NCBI GenBank assembly: GCA_004431415.1
Contig: QPMI01000560.1
Coordinates: 62,001 to 126,000 of the forward strand
Source of the DNA: Cyanophora paradoxa CCMP329
Taxonomy: Eukaryota > Plantae > Glaucophyta
Direction: 5' to 3'
DNA length: 64,000 bases
Shown here: piece by piece, positions 62,501 through 64,000 of the stretch
Layout: each line of letters opens with the position of its first letter
How positions within the stretch are numbered: position 1 is the stretch's first letter
Made by a program: the position numbers and the translations under genes
The notes under the pieces: model-generated
Databases searched by the model: none
What the model saw: the letters and a program-made list of their open reading frames with translations, nothing else
Told to the model about the DNA's origin: nothing

Positions 62501-64000
62501 TTGGCGAGGGCCTTGTGGATCATGGCGGCCATGATCTTGATCTGCTGCGGGCTCCGGTACCGCACCACCTCGAAGCGCTCCATCAGGAAGTCCACCCACG
62601 CCCGGTGCGGCTGCCCGGCCTCCCGTCAGCGAGGCGCCAGCTGCGCCGGGCGGGGCGGCGCGGGGCGGGGCGCACCCGGATGTCGTGGGCGCGGGGGTAG
62701 GGCACGTGGTGCGCGGAGGGGTCGAACAGGTTCTGGGGCCCGTCCGCCGCCGGCTTGCCGGGCCGCCGCTTCCGCTGCGTCGTGTTCGTCCGGTAGACTG
62801 CCGAAGAGGCGCCCCGGGGCGTGAGAGGAAGCAAGGCAGAACAGAGGGAAGGGGCGGGGGCGGACAGCGGCGGCCGAGGGAGGGGAGCTCGAGGTGGACC
62901 TCGTCCTCGTCCACGTCCTCCTCGCCCCCCTGCTCGCCGCCGAGCTGCTGGTCGGGGGGCAGGCTGTAGTCGACGGGGGGCGAGTAGTGCGAGAAGAGGC
63001 CGAGGCGCTGCTCCACGCTCCAGCCCCAGGCCCCGCAGATCTCCGAGAGCAGCCGCGTGTCGCTCTCCGGGAGGGAGGCTGCGATCCAGCCCCACGCGAA
63101 GACCCCCGTCTGGAGCGTCTGCGGGCTGAAGAGGTACACGGGGGCCCAGCAGATGAGGTGCAGCAGCTGCTCGCGGTAGCCGGCCTCCTTGGGGGCCGGC
63201 GGGTCCAGGCTGAAGCCGTCGGGGCCGGGGCCGGGGGCAGGGCGCTCGTCGGGGTCGGCGGCGGCGTCGGCGGCGGCGGCGTCGCGCTCCTCCTGGTCGG
63301 CGATGAGGAAGGCGGCGGAGCGGTACATCAGCGAGTCGAACTCGGCGAAGTCCACCACGTCCCCGTCTGCGGCGCCGGCGGAGTCAGCGGGGGCGGGCAG
63401 GGTGCGCGGGGGCCGGGCGGGGAGAGGGCGTGGCGCGCCCTGGTGCCGCTCGAGCATCTCCATGAAGGCGGCGACGAGGTGGCGCCCGACGGTGGGGCCG
63501 AAGGGCAGCCGCGGGGCCCCCAGGGCGCGCTCCGAGCGCAGGGAGCCGAGGTTGCGGGCGAGGTCCGCGAAGATGTGCCGCATCCCGCTGATCTCCCCCG
63601 CGTTGTACGCCTTAAGCTCCAGCGACGCCACGAACTGCCCTGCCGCCCCGCCCGGCTGCATCGCCGGCGCCTGGGCCGCCGGGCCGCCGCTGGGGGCCGG
63701 GGCGGGCCCGCCTCCGCCCTTGGCGTTGCGCTGGGCGCCGACCTCGACGACAACGGAGGAGCCGAAGTGGCCGAGGAGGGAGAGGGAGAGGGAGCGGAAG
63801 GACTGGAGGTACTCCTGCAGCAGCGTCTGCGTCTCCGCGGGGGCCACCGTGAAGGCGAAGGTCAGCCACTGGCTGCAGAGGCGCGAGAGGTTCTGCAGCA
63901 TCGCCGCCCGGTCGTGGAGCTCCTCGGGGAGGTTCAGCTCGCCCTCGGACCACGGGAGGAGGTACGTGGCGACGGAGCCGGCGGAGCGCTCGCACGAGTT
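59527..64000 (-). CDS. PI4KA: Phosphatidylinositol 4-kinase alpha (PI4KA/Stt4), 5' part lies outside the window
   Basis: FYLPQI helical domain, YLPTNP, PMQSAAKVP, IFKVGDDCRQD, QIKDRHNGN, HIDFGF, FERAPFKL. Confidence 0.96.

Overview
This is eukaryotic nuclear DNA, not prokaryotic: very GC-rich and gene-dense, with about 27 genes split by many short (mostly 55-115 nt) GT-AG and GC-AG introns. Most long ORFs in the supplied track are therefore GC-rich shadow or read-through frames, and I rebuilt the genes by splicing by eye. Several plastid-targeted proteins start with M(x)AF-type transit peptides, and flagellar/basal-body genes are present. Together these point to a glaucophyte such as Cyanophora (inference, not verified). 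Genes in order: Tex30/KANSL3-like hydrolase, DPH4, GLTP, STN7/STN8-like kinase, a coiled-coil protein, glutathionyl-hydroquinone reductase, HTATIP2, divergent TCTP, MscS-like channel, Cys-GPx, a 51-aa TM microprotein, BTB-WD40, two p23-like paralogues, a SET methyltransferase, a 2xRRM protein, ATG16, mitochondrial EF-Tu, an ARM protein, a tetraspanin-like protein, CGL160, lycopene cyclase, sHSP, an unknown plastid repeat protein, F-box/WD40, NEK kinase, an SF-assemblin-like protein, GPALPP1 and the 3' part of PI4K-alpha. Best candidates for new biology: (1) two p23/CS co-chaperones with signal peptides, one ending in EDEL, suggesting an ER-lumenal p23 system, head-to-head with a signal-peptide SET methyltransferase; (2) a small plastid-targeted protein made of three repeats, a possible multivalent linker; (3) probable CUG initiation in an AAG-CTG-G context; (4) introns with a C-rich 5' half and a G-rich 3' half instead of a polypyrimidine tract. 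Exon boundaries and starts are manual and need RNA-seq confirmation.
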